From Infirmifilum sp. (GTDB taxonomy: Archaea; Thermoproteota; Thermoprotei; Thermofilales; Thermofilaceae): a DNA stretch of 50,065 bases. Made by a program: the position numbers and the translations under genes. Numbering within the stretch: the stretch's first letter is position 1; the number at the start of each line of letters is the position of its first letter. The DNA lies in NCBI GenBank assembly GCA_041287245.1, contig JBEULP010000042.1:1-50065 (forward strand), in the 5' to 3' direction. The notes below the pieces were generated by a model that had not been told where the DNA came from, did no database searches, and saw nothing but the letters and a program-made list of their open reading frames with translations. This document shows, piece by piece, positions 35,891 to 44,774 of the stretch.

Positions 35891-37021
35891 TCAGCCGCCC
35901 ACAATCTGGACAATGTCGCCGTCCTTAAGTTCAAAGTCTTTTCCAACTTTTCTCGGGTTAAAGCTAAACCGGTTGCTCCACACCCACGCATACTTAAAAT
36001 GCTCAGAGAGCTGCGAGTGAATCGTACGCGCAACCTCAATCACTCTTGCACCTCTTTTAACCACAACCGGTCTCTCTTCAACCTCTCCAGTCTTGGGGTT
36101 CCGCGTGTAAATCCTTATTAAATCAAGCTCGCGGAAAAAATACTCTGCCGCTTCTTTAAAGAGTGCATCATCGCAAGATGTATACCCGAACACTGGAACA
36201 CCCGTCACCTTATTAACCTTTAAAACCGTGTCTCTAAGATCATCGCCTTTAACATCCGAGTAAATCACAATAACCGTAGGCTTGTAGGCGACCTCGCCAA
36301 ACAGCGCGTCTTCCACGTCGTCAAGCGTAGCCTTCCCACTAATTCTCACCACAGCGTGGTAGATCCCGTATTCGCGCAGAAGAGACACGACGTCTTGAAG
36401 TGTCGCACCGTCAAGTTCACCTGCAACGATAATGCCGCCTGTAGCTTTCCTCTCGATTTCAACGCTTGAGCGAGGCTTTTTCCAGGCTATTCGCGCCTCT
36501 TCAAGAGCACGTAGCAGCATCCTAACTTGGTCCTCTACGTCACCATTCATATCCACAATTAGAGTAAGGGCGTCGGCATTCCTCGCCAGACCCAGTAGGC
36601 GAGACTGCGTAGACGTATCCCCGAGAAAAGGTGGAGCATTTATAATCTGAAAGTACACGCCTTCCCATATCTTCATCCCTGGGACAGGCTTTCGAGAGTC
36701 TACTGCCTCAATCCCAGTGACACACTTGAAGAACTCTTGTTTTCCAACCCCAGGCAGTCCAAGTAAAACCACTTGAATGTCTCCCTCCTTCTCGACAAAG
36801 AACTGTTCCCCGCCGCCAGCCCTCTTTTTCTTCTTAAGCTCTATCTCTTTCTTGAGCGTAGCTATCTGCCGCGTAACTTGCATGCGCAGCCTCTCCGTTC
36901 CCTTATGCTTGGGAACAGCGCTGAGAAACTCTTGCAGCGCGAGTAGCTTCTCCTCTGGAGTCCTAGCCTCCATCGCCTTCTTCCATTTGCTCTTTGCCTC
37001 GGCGGGAAGGTTAGTGGGCAT
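35891..37021 (-). CDS. DRG/OBG-family TGS-domain protein with degenerate GTPase motifs
   Basis: MPTNLPAEAK, PKHKGTE, LIRIYT, VGKDFELKDGDIV; G motifs altered. Confidence 0.88.
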   Translation of the reverse strand: MPTNLPAEAKSKWKKAMEARTPEEKLLALQEFLSAVPKHKGTERLRMQVTRQIATLKKEIELKKKKRAGGGEQFFVEKEGDIQVVLLGLPGVGKQEFFKCVTGIEAVDSRKPVPGMKIWEGVYFQIINAPPFLGDTSTQSRLLGLARNADALTLIVDMNGDVEDQVRMLLRALEEARIAWKKPRSSVEIERKATGGIIVAGELDGATLQDVVSLLREYGIYHAVVRISGKATLDDVEDALFGEVAYKPTVIVIYSDVKGDDLRDTVLKVNKVTGVPVFGYTSCDDALFKEAAEYFFRELDLIRIYTRNPKTGEVEERPVVVKRGARVIEVARTIHSQLSEHFKYAWVWSNRFSFNPRKVGKDFELKDGDIVQIVGG

Positions 37022-37053
37022 AGCTCTTTTGTAAAAAATGAAGTCACTTTAAT

Positions 37054-37422
37054 TTAACTTTCCCCGGGAAAAACAATCCAGACAACACCGTCTTTCTTAA
37101 CAAGGGTGAGCGTGATACGACCCTTGATTTCTTGAGCCTTCCTAACCCTGATGGATCCCGCGAGAACGGTTTCGTTTATTCTAGACAGGCACATTCGGGT
37201 GATGGGGGTTGCGGATACGAGAGTGCCGTTGGAAACATAGACGTCTAGAGCATACTCTGCTGTTAGTGTTGTGCTATTTGGCGAGACAAGCAGATAACAG
37301 ACATCGCGCAGCAGTGCAACATTATTAACCGTGGGGACGTTGTAGAATACCAGCCAATAGCCGAGCACCGAGACGCTAACAACGACGTCGAATAGAACGA
37401 GAACCGTTTCATCCACCGGCAA
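37054..37422 (-). CDS. Minor pilin-like protein
   Basis: N-terminal hydrophobic helix, beta-rich body with N-glycosylation sequons; operon context. Confidence 0.55.
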   Translation of the reverse strand: MPVDETVLVLFDVVVSVSVLGYWLVFYNVPTVNNVALLRDVCYLLVSPNSTTLTAEYALDVYVSNGTLVSATPITRMCLSRINETVLAGSIRVRKAQEIKGRITLTLVKKDGVVWIVFPGES

Positions 37423-37984
37423 TCACCAGGCCGTTACCCCACTTGTCTGTTAACCGACATGGCTGGTTTTCTCGTAGAGCAAGGATTGTCCCGTTTATGT
37501 AGTCGTGGGGACACTGTGCGTAGAGCCGCACAGATACGGCTATGATATATGGATACTCGGGTATCTTGAAGCTTTGCATGGCCGTGATGTTATAGAGGCG
37601 TAGTATTCTTCCTGTGTAAGCGTCGACTCTAAACCCGACAAGCCTGTACGCATAGTTTAGAGCGAATTCGTCGGAGCCTACATTGGTTTGTATAACCCAT
37701 CTACATTCTAGCCGTCCCTCATCGTATCTCGAAAAGTTGAGAAACTGGGAGAGAGTATAGCTTTTAACAGTGACCGGCGAGATAAACTGGGGAAGTATTT
37801 GAAATATAGCGGGAGCCCTAGCTGGATCCTCGCACAGGACTCGTGCGGCGGTTAGAACTGCGATATGCGCGTCTTCGCCCCTGTATTGCACACGATAATA
37901 GTTGTCGTCAGTTTGTCTCACTACGAGTAGGCTTAACAGAACTACCGCTAATAGTCCAATACTTGCCCTTCTCTTCACACTCAA
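37409..37984 (-). CDS. Minor pilin-like/secreted protein
   Basis: KRRA then hydrophobic stretch (class III-like signal). Confidence 0.55.
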   Translation of the reverse strand: MSVKRRASIGLLAVVLLSLLVVRQTDDNYYRVQYRGEDAHIAVLTAARVLCEDPARAPAIFQILPQFISPVTVKSYTLSQFLNFSRYDEGRLECRWVIQTNVGSDEFALNYAYRLVGFRVDAYTGRILRLYNITAMQSFKIPEYPYIIAVSVRLYAQCPHDYINGTILALRENQPCRLTDKWGNGLVIAGG

Positions 37985-38259
37985 CCCCTCCAGGTGAAGG
38001 TTATTATCTTAGGCTCAGAGCCACACCAGACTATGACAGAGCTGCTCGGATAGTCTGGAAGAGGCTCGGTAGCGTTAAGGCTTTTTAATACCTCTGAAAC
38101 GTCGCTGCAGTTCGCGTATATCATAGTATAAGCTGCTATGACAGCTAGGTTTCTTTCTTGTACTACCTGGGCTGAGATAGAATATAGTTTATGGCTGGTT
38201 GTTCGAGCCAGGGTTAATAGGAGGATAAGTGCCATTATAGCCGCGGATATCGTTCTCAC
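37981..38259 (-). CDS. Small secreted/minor pilin-like protein
   Basis: N-terminal hydrophobic helix; 4-nt overlaps with neighbours. Confidence 0.55.
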   Translation of the reverse strand: MRTISAAIMALILLLTLARTTSHKLYSISAQVVQERNLAVIAAYTMIYANCSDVSEVLKSLNATEPLPDYPSSSVIVWCGSEPKIITFTWRG

Positions 38260-38504
38260 GGCTGAATCACCTCTACCCGTGAGTTATTCTTGCAGATGGT
38301 GAGGCTGTAACCGTAGATTGTTCCATTGAATGTGATCAGGTGATCTGAGAAGATCTGCACGCACGAACCATTCGGCATAAGTCGAGGTGTGCTGGTTAGC
38401 TGGTCACTCAAAGCCGTTTGCATGGTTATAGAAAAGCTAATAACTGAAAGGAGAAGCAATACCTCGAAAATGCTAAGAGTTGATTCTTCTAGAGCTTTCA
38501 ACAT
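38256..38504 (-). CDS. Minor pilin-like protein
   Basis: MLKA|LEESTLSIFEVLLLL class III-like start. Confidence 0.55.
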   Translation of the reverse strand: MLKALEESTLSIFEVLLLLSVISFSITMQTALSDQLTSTPRLMPNGSCVQIFSDHLITFNGTIYGYSLTICKNNSRVEVIQP

Positions 38505-39031
38505 CTCTTCACCTGGAACACTTTCACCTTCACCTCTGTTGGACCTTCAATGCTCGCCTGGAAGCCGCAAATGCTTAGAAAGGGGCTGTAGACTTTATAG
38601 GATAGGAGAGAGGGTTCTAGGCAAATCCTGTCTGTCCACCCGTTAAACGTCGCGTTGTATACAATGAGAGTCGCGTTGCTCGCTATCCACATCGGCTTCA
38701 AGCTAACGAGGCACCTGTCACCCTCGCGCGTAATAGAGAACCACGACCCATTAATAGCTGTTACAGCACATTGTGAAAAAACAAGGACGGGCTTCTTAAA
38801 CCCGAAAACCACCAGGTTGTTTATCTTCAACACGCAGTCAGTCGAGTTCAGGTAGACCTGAGAGTTAAGGTCGACCATATCAGCCTGCGGCAAGATATTT
38901 AATGTGTGAGTAGTTATACGGAGCGGAACGGTGGGATTTTGAAGCAGGGCAAGAATACTGCCCAGAACCGTGATTGTGAAGATAGAGAGGAGCGCCGTCT
39001 TCACCTGGTCGCTTAAAGCCTCTCTATCCAT
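38498..39031 (-). CDS. Pilin-like protein
   Basis: MDREA|LSDQVKTALLSIFTITVLGSILALL; ATG ~39031 preferred. Confidence 0.55.
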   Translation of the reverse strand: MDREALSDQVKTALLSIFTITVLGSILALLQNPTVPLRITTHTLNILPQADMVDLNSQVYLNSTDCVLKINNLVVFGFKKPVLVFSQCAVTAINGSWFSITREGDRCLVSLKPMWIASNATLIVYNATFNGWTDRICLEPSLLSYKVYSPFLSICGFQASIEGPTEVKVKVFQVKRC

Positions 39032-41175
39032 GGCACTAACACCACTTTTGACGTTTGACAAGGAATATAGACGACTTCGATCATTTGGCTAACCGGGTTG
39101 AAAAACGGGATCTCTGCTTGGAATGGATACGGTACAATAGTCTCCCATAAGGTGGAGAGATTTTTTCTGGACAAGACCCTTATATATAATGAGCCTAGGC
39201 AGCTTGTTTCATTCAGAGAAGCCAGTATTTTGCTCAGTGTTAGGTTCTCGCCGAGGACAAGAGGACCCTCCGCGTAGAGCTTAATATTCGTCCCGGACTG
39301 GTTAAATATTAAGGTAAAGGTGACTGGAACCACGGGAAGCTCTAAGCGGGTCTCAGGTATGATGAGCATGCCACCCCAAGTGGCGAAGATCTCTATTGAG
39401 GAGAGGCGCGTAATGTTTTGCAGGCGCGAATAGTCTATGACTAGAAGCCCCTGGGATGCCGGGACCGAGGCAATAACATGTCCTGCTTGTGCTGTGACGT
39501 TATAGTTTTCCCAGTTTAGATTCGTGTTGAAGCGTATTGAGAGGCTGGTCTTCGAGTATTGTATGCTTAATATCCTTATCTTGGGAACTATCGTCCTGGC
39601 GAAGAAGAAAGAGCTATTTAGCTTTAGAAATACTGTTATATTTGGAGCGTCGGGAGCTGCGATTGATAAAAGATAGTACCTGGTGTTGTTTATTAAAAGC
39701 TGTGGTAGAGAGGGAGACGGTGTCCTTATCTTATTAGACTTGGAGCCTATAGCCACTGTTTCTCCGAAGGGGTTGCCCACCAAGAGAGTCCCGTTGACAC
39801 CGTTAAAGATGATAAGCCGGTTGCTCGAGGGATCTACTGCGACGACACTCGCGTTTGTCACAATAGAATAAACGCCTGGTTTTATCTGCTGGAAGTGTGT
39901 CCCATTGGTTGGAAGGAAGTCCATCCCCGGCAGAATGTATGCAGTTGAGTTGTTCCCTCTCAGTGAATAAACCGCCGAAATCTGTAGGTTTGTGTTTAAA
40001 GATCCTGAGAGAGTAGCGCTGAGAACCTTCGCGCCATTCACAAGCCAGTATATGAAGTATCCCGTAGCTGTCCATGCCGCGGATAACGTGACTTTAACGT
40101 AATTGGAAGCCCCAAACCCCTTCTGCGCGTAGGCTGTTACCTCTATCCTCTCGTTATAGAGCTCAATGTTCTTTACTGCTACGCTGCCACTAGCCGGGAC
40201 CTGAGAGGAGAATATAGTTCTCTTAACGCCTGCAGGAGTCACGGCGAAAACCTGCAAGAGATATTGAGGGCTGCCCGTGAAAGAATATTGTAACGTGAGG
40301 TTGTATACGCCAGTGTAATAGGTTTTACTTGAACAAGTTGCAGAAGAAGAGTTTGAAGCATTAAAGTAACTCCATAGGCAGTTTATAGGTTGATCAGAGG
40401 CCACGACGGTAAGAGTTATAGTGGCGGGGGCGTTAATGCTGAAGATGGTGTTCTCAGCTAACTGCACCGTAAAAACATTGGTTGATGGTGGCCCCGAGAA
40501 GGACAGCTGAGCGCCTAGCTGGCCTGGAGACCCTGTGAGTTTAACTATTCCATAGACAGAACAATTTGTGTTCGCTAGTATCATGGCCCCCAAGGTTATA
40601 GTAAACGTCTTCTTAGGTGTTGGAATAGAAAAGCTCGCTGTGGCAGTCTTGGCATCCTGCTTGTCACCTGCGAGCGGATAGTCATAGGCGTAAGCATAGG
40701 CTTGCTCTGTAGACGCGGTTGCACTGCCTGCGGAGAGGATCGTCGGCCCCGCGTAGGCTTGCAAGTCAAAGTAGGGTGGGATTTCGCCTATACCCGATGT
40801 AAACTTTATTAAGCCCCCATTTACGCCTGTGGCACTCGTCGCGCTCAAAGTTACGAGCTGTTGGCTAATGGTGTAAGAGCCGGAGGCAGTGGCTGTGAGC
40901 GTCGCCCAAGCAGAGGCTAGACTGGGTGCGCTTACCGTATATATGAGGTCTAGGTGTGAGTACAGGTTCGCTGTATATGTTGTGCCACCGGCTGAGAACT
41001 GAGAGCTTTTGGATACAGTTTTTGTCTCGGTACCAGAGCGGCCGTTGCCGGGTGCAACCTTAATGTTGATGCTGAGGGTATCGCCAAGCGAGAACGCCAA
41101 GGGGGTATTTATTAGAATCAGCGTTAGAATGAACACTAAGCTGGTTTTCCTCATGTCTCCACCCCGATTAAGCAA
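39013..41175 (-). CDS. Large secreted Ser/Thr-rich adhesin-like protein
   Basis: MRKTSLVFILTLIL..AFS signal peptide; beta-rich, many NxS/T sequons. Confidence 0.7.
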   Translation of the reverse strand: MLNRGGDMRKTSLVFILTLILINTPLAFSLGDTLSINIKVAPGNGRSGTETKTVSKSSQFSAGGTTYTANLYSHLDLIYTVSAPSLASAWATLTATASGSYTISQQLVTLSATSATGVNGGLIKFTSGIGEIPPYFDLQAYAGPTILSAGSATASTEQAYAYAYDYPLAGDKQDAKTATASFSIPTPKKTFTITLGAMILANTNCSVYGIVKLTGSPGQLGAQLSFSGPPSTNVFTVQLAENTIFSINAPATITLTVVASDQPINCLWSYFNASNSSSATCSSKTYYTGVYNLTLQYSFTGSPQYLLQVFAVTPAGVKRTIFSSQVPASGSVAVKNIELYNERIEVTAYAQKGFGASNYVKVTLSAAWTATGYFIYWLVNGAKVLSATLSGSLNTNLQISAVYSLRGNNSTAYILPGMDFLPTNGTHFQQIKPGVYSIVTNASVVAVDPSSNRLIIFNGVNGTLLVGNPFGETVAIGSKSNKIRTPSPSLPQLLINNTRYYLLSIAAPDAPNITVFLKLNSSFFFARTIVPKIRILSIQYSKTSLSIRFNTNLNWENYNVTAQAGHVIASVPASQGLLVIDYSRLQNITRLSSIEIFATWGGMLIIPETRLELPVVPVTFTLIFNQSGTNIKLYAEGPLVLGENLTLSKILASLNETSCLGSLYIRVLSRKNLSTLWETIVPYPFQAEIPFFNPVSQMIEVVYIPCQTSKVVLVPWIERL

Positions 41176-42578
41176 AGCTTCAAAGTCTCACCCTCAAGGT
41201 AGACGTCTAAAGCAAACTCGCCTGTGTTTGGTAGAACCCTTGTTTTCCCGGTGAGAATGTTCCAAGATGAGTTGTAATCGATGAAATCTACCCCCTTAGC
41301 GACCCCGTTAATGTCGTACGCCTTTCCTTCGAAGTATGCCTTGAGGTAGTCCAGGTCTAGAGTGACATCGTAGCAACCGCCTTGTGGCGTGGTGCCGGGA
41401 ACGTTAACGTACTCTTTACCGTTTAGGTATAGAAACTGGATGGAGGCGTGCCAGCTTTTAGTGCATATCTGCAGGCGCACTTTCCCCGATGTGGCTGGTA
41501 GGATAACCATGAGCCGCGCTATCGAGTCGGTGGTAATGTATAGGCACTGCCCCTCGAGCGTGACGTTATAGCGATCCGCTAAGCCGAACTTTCTCCTGTA
41601 GTCGTAGAAGGGGTCCTCCACCCTCTTGAAGGGTGAACAGTTACCACATACGAGAACCGTCTCCACCTGGTACTTTGAGATTAGAGCAAGCCTCTCACCT
41701 ATCGCGCCCCCGCCTCTCACATTGAAGCGCAGCAACGTGGGAGGCAGGGTTGTGTTGGAAAGCCAGCTTGGAACCTCCCAGCCGGCGATGCACAAGTAGT
41801 GCGTTGAATTATAGTCGCGGCACCCGGTGGGGTACTTCTCGCTCACGGTCATGCTTAGCTCAAGAGTAGCGTTTTCAGGAGCCAGCAGGGTTAGAAAGCC
41901 CTGCCTTAAAGAGGCGTTTACGCTAGCCTCGATTGGAAGATAGAAGTGAAGGACAAAGTACCTGTGCCCGTTTACCGTAACGTTTAAGTCGTCTTGCACG
42001 GGCAGTGTCGCGTTCAAGGCGAAGTATTCTTCAATATTCCCCCTAGCGAGAACAAGAGTATCAGAACATATCAAGGAGTCGTTTCCCGCTATTAGGCAAG
42101 TAGAGTTAAATTGAAGGTTCGAGCCTATCTTTGCCTTGAGCCTCTCGAAGCCGCGGATGAGAGTACTGTTGACGTATACAGGCGCTGTAGCATTAATCCA
42201 GAGGACGGCATAAGCCTTTATAAAATGAAGTTCGATAAAGCCATCATCTGTGACCGTAATATTTAGCTCTTTCTCTACTGGCTCGTAGACGTCAAAGGGT
42301 TGCGGCTGGAGAAGTAGGTGTGAGCCGTTGGGAACACGCAGCGTCAGCGGCAGGAGGTGGTCAGACCCGTTTATTATGACGCGCGCGTTCGCGACGTTCG
42401 CCGCTATAAAAACGGTTCTTGTTACGGGAGTCCTTATGTTAGAAGATTTTAACAGTGGCCCTGAAGATTCGCCTAGGTGTTGAGGCTTTAGGCTCTCGTA
42501 AAGCAAAAGTGTGACGAACCCCAGGGCGAGTGCCAAGAATAATAGTTTTTTCCTATTCCTCATCGCTATGACAACCAT
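41151..42578 (-). CDS. Membrane-anchored surface protein with beta-sandwich repeats
   Basis: RNRKK plus TM anchor; ANARVIING / APVYVN PEGA-like repeats. Confidence 0.65.
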   Translation of the reverse strand: MVVIAMRNRKKLLFLALALGFVTLLLYESLKPQHLGESSGPLLKSSNIRTPVTRTVFIAANVANARVIINGSDHLLPLTLRVPNGSHLLLQPQPFDVYEPVEKELNITVTDDGFIELHFIKAYAVLWINATAPVYVNSTLIRGFERLKAKIGSNLQFNSTCLIAGNDSLICSDTLVLARGNIEEYFALNATLPVQDDLNVTVNGHRYFVLHFYLPIEASVNASLRQGFLTLLAPENATLELSMTVSEKYPTGCRDYNSTHYLCIAGWEVPSWLSNTTLPPTLLRFNVRGGGAIGERLALISKYQVETVLVCGNCSPFKRVEDPFYDYRRKFGLADRYNVTLEGQCLYITTDSIARLMVILPATSGKVRLQICTKSWHASIQFLYLNGKEYVNVPGTTPQGGCYDVTLDLDYLKAYFEGKAYDINGVAKGVDFIDYNSSWNILTGKTRVLPNTGEFALDVYLEGETLKLCLIGVET

Positions 42579-42659
42579 TTACATTATAAAGCAGGGCTAG
42601 CAGTAACCACCTTATTTGCCAGTCTTAAAAACCTCGACGAATACCCTTTCGGTGAAAAG

Positions 42660-43058
42660 ATGAGCGAAGAAGTAGGCCGCTCCATAATGGTTATCATAAC
42701 CCTAGCGGTCGTCTCCGTCATCGGCTTCTTCATATACCAGGTAGCCTCTACCACTACAAGCAGACCCGTGCTCGTACAGGCCGGCGACGCTATTCTCAGT
42801 GCTAGCGGAAACAGCTATACAGTTACTCTCTGGCTTCAAAACGCCGGTTCTTCCTCAGCAGACTTGTCGTCGTGCTATCTATACCTAAGTAACTACAATG
42901 TCAACGCTTCCCTGACGTGCTCTCCGGCTATCGTGCCTAGCGGTGGCACTGCTACTTGCAAAGCCACCTTTACCCCTGCCACACCAATAACGACTGCTGC
43001 TACAGGATATATCATAACGAAGAGTGGAGTGTATAAGGTCACACTCGTGCGGAGCTAA
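42660..43058 (+). CDS. Archaeal type IV pilin (major pilin candidate)
   Basis: Hydrophobic N-terminal helix, then LWLQNAGS and IVPSGGTA Ig-like archaeal pilin pattern. Confidence 0.7.
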   Translation: MSEEVGRSIMVIITLAVVSVIGFFIYQVASTTTSRPVLVQAGDAILSASGNSYTVTLWLQNAGSSSADLSSCYLYLSNYNVNASLTCSPAIVPSGGTATCKATFTPATPITTAATGYIITKSGVYKVTLVRS

Positions 43059-43095
43059 AGGATCTGGGCTATGCACGCGCAGGGGAGGAAGACAG

Positions 43096-44193
43096 ATGAG
43101 CGCTCTTGGAGACCTTGAAGTCCTTTTTCTCCTCTCTTTTACGGACGCACCCCCGAGTCATGTTCTAGCCTGGCTAAGCAATAAAGGGATCAATTATCGC
43201 TTTTCCAGCGAACAGATAAAGGAAATCATTAACCAGGACGAGAAGAACGGCACAAAAGACAGAATTAAAAGTGCGCTTGCGGATAAGCTTAAAGAGCTTG
43301 ACTTCAGGCTTGAGACGTTCTCATCTCGAGTCGACTCGATAAGCGAGTTTTACAACATCACGCTCCTGGTCGCCCCGGTCATGCTATATTCTATCGGTTT
43401 TTTCCAACCTTCCATTCTGAATTCTAGTCTCTGGGCCCTCCTCTTTCTAAACGCTTTGCTAATTTTCTTCTTCCGTGATCTCCATCCTAGAACTTTCCGC
43501 ATGAAAACCAGTTTCTCACAGATGGCCGTGGGCTCGCTACTCCCCGTCCTAGTCGCTTTTCCCTTAACCTTAAAATTTGATATTAAGACGGGGCTTTTCG
43601 CTTTAAGCCTAGCCTCCCTTCCTTTCTCGCTTCTCTCACTGAAAAGGCTCAAACAAATCAGCAGTGAGCTCAATCAAAACAGGGACATCTTGCTGCGAGC
43701 AGTCACAGTGCCAGCCCACGTGTTTCGCGCAGTCCCCCCGGACGTTTTAATTAGCGAGACGCTAATCGGCATAAGCCGAAGCGTACGTCTAACCCTCTAT
43801 CTCTCTTCAATATGGGGTATCGAGAGCCTCCGGGCTCTCTCAGAAACCTACGAGAAAATATTTAGTTTTTACAAGAAAATTATTCGAAAAGGCTTCATCA
43901 ACGCCGGCATAAACCTTGTAACGATCTTTCTCTTAGGCTTCGCCAGCGCAACAGTTAAAACAATTTTCAGGAACATTCCACTCGAAAACCTACAGCAATG
44001 GGTGAATGTGGGCAACACCCAGCAACTCCTAGCAGCCATAGACCTCTACGTGTTCTTCACAGCCCTCCTCTATGCATTAGGTCTCAGTATTCTCTCAATA
44101 GGAGAGCCAACTCTGCTTCCACTATGGCTTCCCCCAGTTTCACTCACGCTATTAACGGGAGAGTTTCTAGGAGAGATGGTTTTCCATGGATAA
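43096..44193 (+). CDS. TadB/TadC-like pilus platform membrane protein
   Basis: Alternating cytoplasmic helical and TM blocks next to pilins; ATG 43096 with GGAGG SD. Confidence 0.6.
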   Translation: MSALGDLEVLFLLSFTDAPPSHVLAWLSNKGINYRFSSEQIKEIINQDEKNGTKDRIKSALADKLKELDFRLETFSSRVDSISEFYNITLLVAPVMLYSIGFFQPSILNSSLWALLFLNALLIFFFRDLHPRTFRMKTSFSQMAVGSLLPVLVAFPLTLKFDIKTGLFALSLASLPFSLLSLKRLKQISSELNQNRDILLRAVTVPAHVFRAVPPDVLISETLIGISRSVRLTLYLSSIWGIESLRALSETYEKIFSFYKKIIRKGFINAGINLVTIFLLGFASATVKTIFRNIPLENLQQWVNVGNTQQLLAAIDLYVFFTALLYALGLSILSIGEPTLLPLWLPPVSLTLLTGEFLGEMVFHG

Positions 44194-44326
44194 AGGCCTG
44201 TATGCTACGATACTCATGCTGTGTGTTATTCTTCTAGTACTCGCACTGTTCTCCGAGAGACTAACAGCTGCCTCAAAGGTTGTCGAACTCGCACAAAACG
44301 GATCTCTCATTTTCTATAAAATTTAA
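44186..44326 (+). CDS. 46-aa pilin-like protein, not in the ORF track
   Basis: MDKG|LYATILMLCVILLVLALF class III-like; overlaps the stop of the TadC-like gene. Confidence 0.6.
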   Translation: MDKGLYATILMLCVILLVLALFSERLTAASKVVELAQNGSLIFYKI

Positions 44327-44403
44327 CATTGTGTTCTTGACAACCTTACGAAAATAAATTATTTATATTCCTTAAGACTTTTTAAGCTGAACCGGAGATA
44401 AGA

Positions 44404-44640
44404 ATGGTGAAGGGGTATATACTCGTCATAACAAAGCCTGGAAAAGAGTATGAGGTAGCCCGTGAAATACTAAAAATGTCCTTTGTCGATGACGTGGACG
44501 TTACCTACGGCCTCTGGGATCTCGTCGTGCGGGTGGAGGCCCCCTCCTTCACCGATCTCGATAAGATCATATCAGCGATCAGAAGCCTCAAAGATATAGA
44601 ACAAACAGCTACCCTTGTATCCCAGGAACCAACCCAATAA
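44404..44640 (+). CDS. Lrp/AsnC ligand-binding domain protein
   Basis: YILV..PGKE, TYGLWDLVVRV, IEQTATL. Confidence 0.92.
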   Translation: MVKGYILVITKPGKEYEVAREILKMSFVDDVDVTYGLWDLVVRVEAPSFTDLDKIISAIRSLKDIEQTATLVSQEPTQ

Positions 44641-44774
44641 CGCGAGAGCAAGCAGGAGCCGGTGCGAATAACAAGCTCTGAGTCAAGGTGCAACGCTACT
44701 CGTCTTCTAGGAAGCGTGAAGCTTTCAGAATCCCGTGTGAGAAATTTTAAAGCCCGGGCAGGTGTGGTGCGCTT

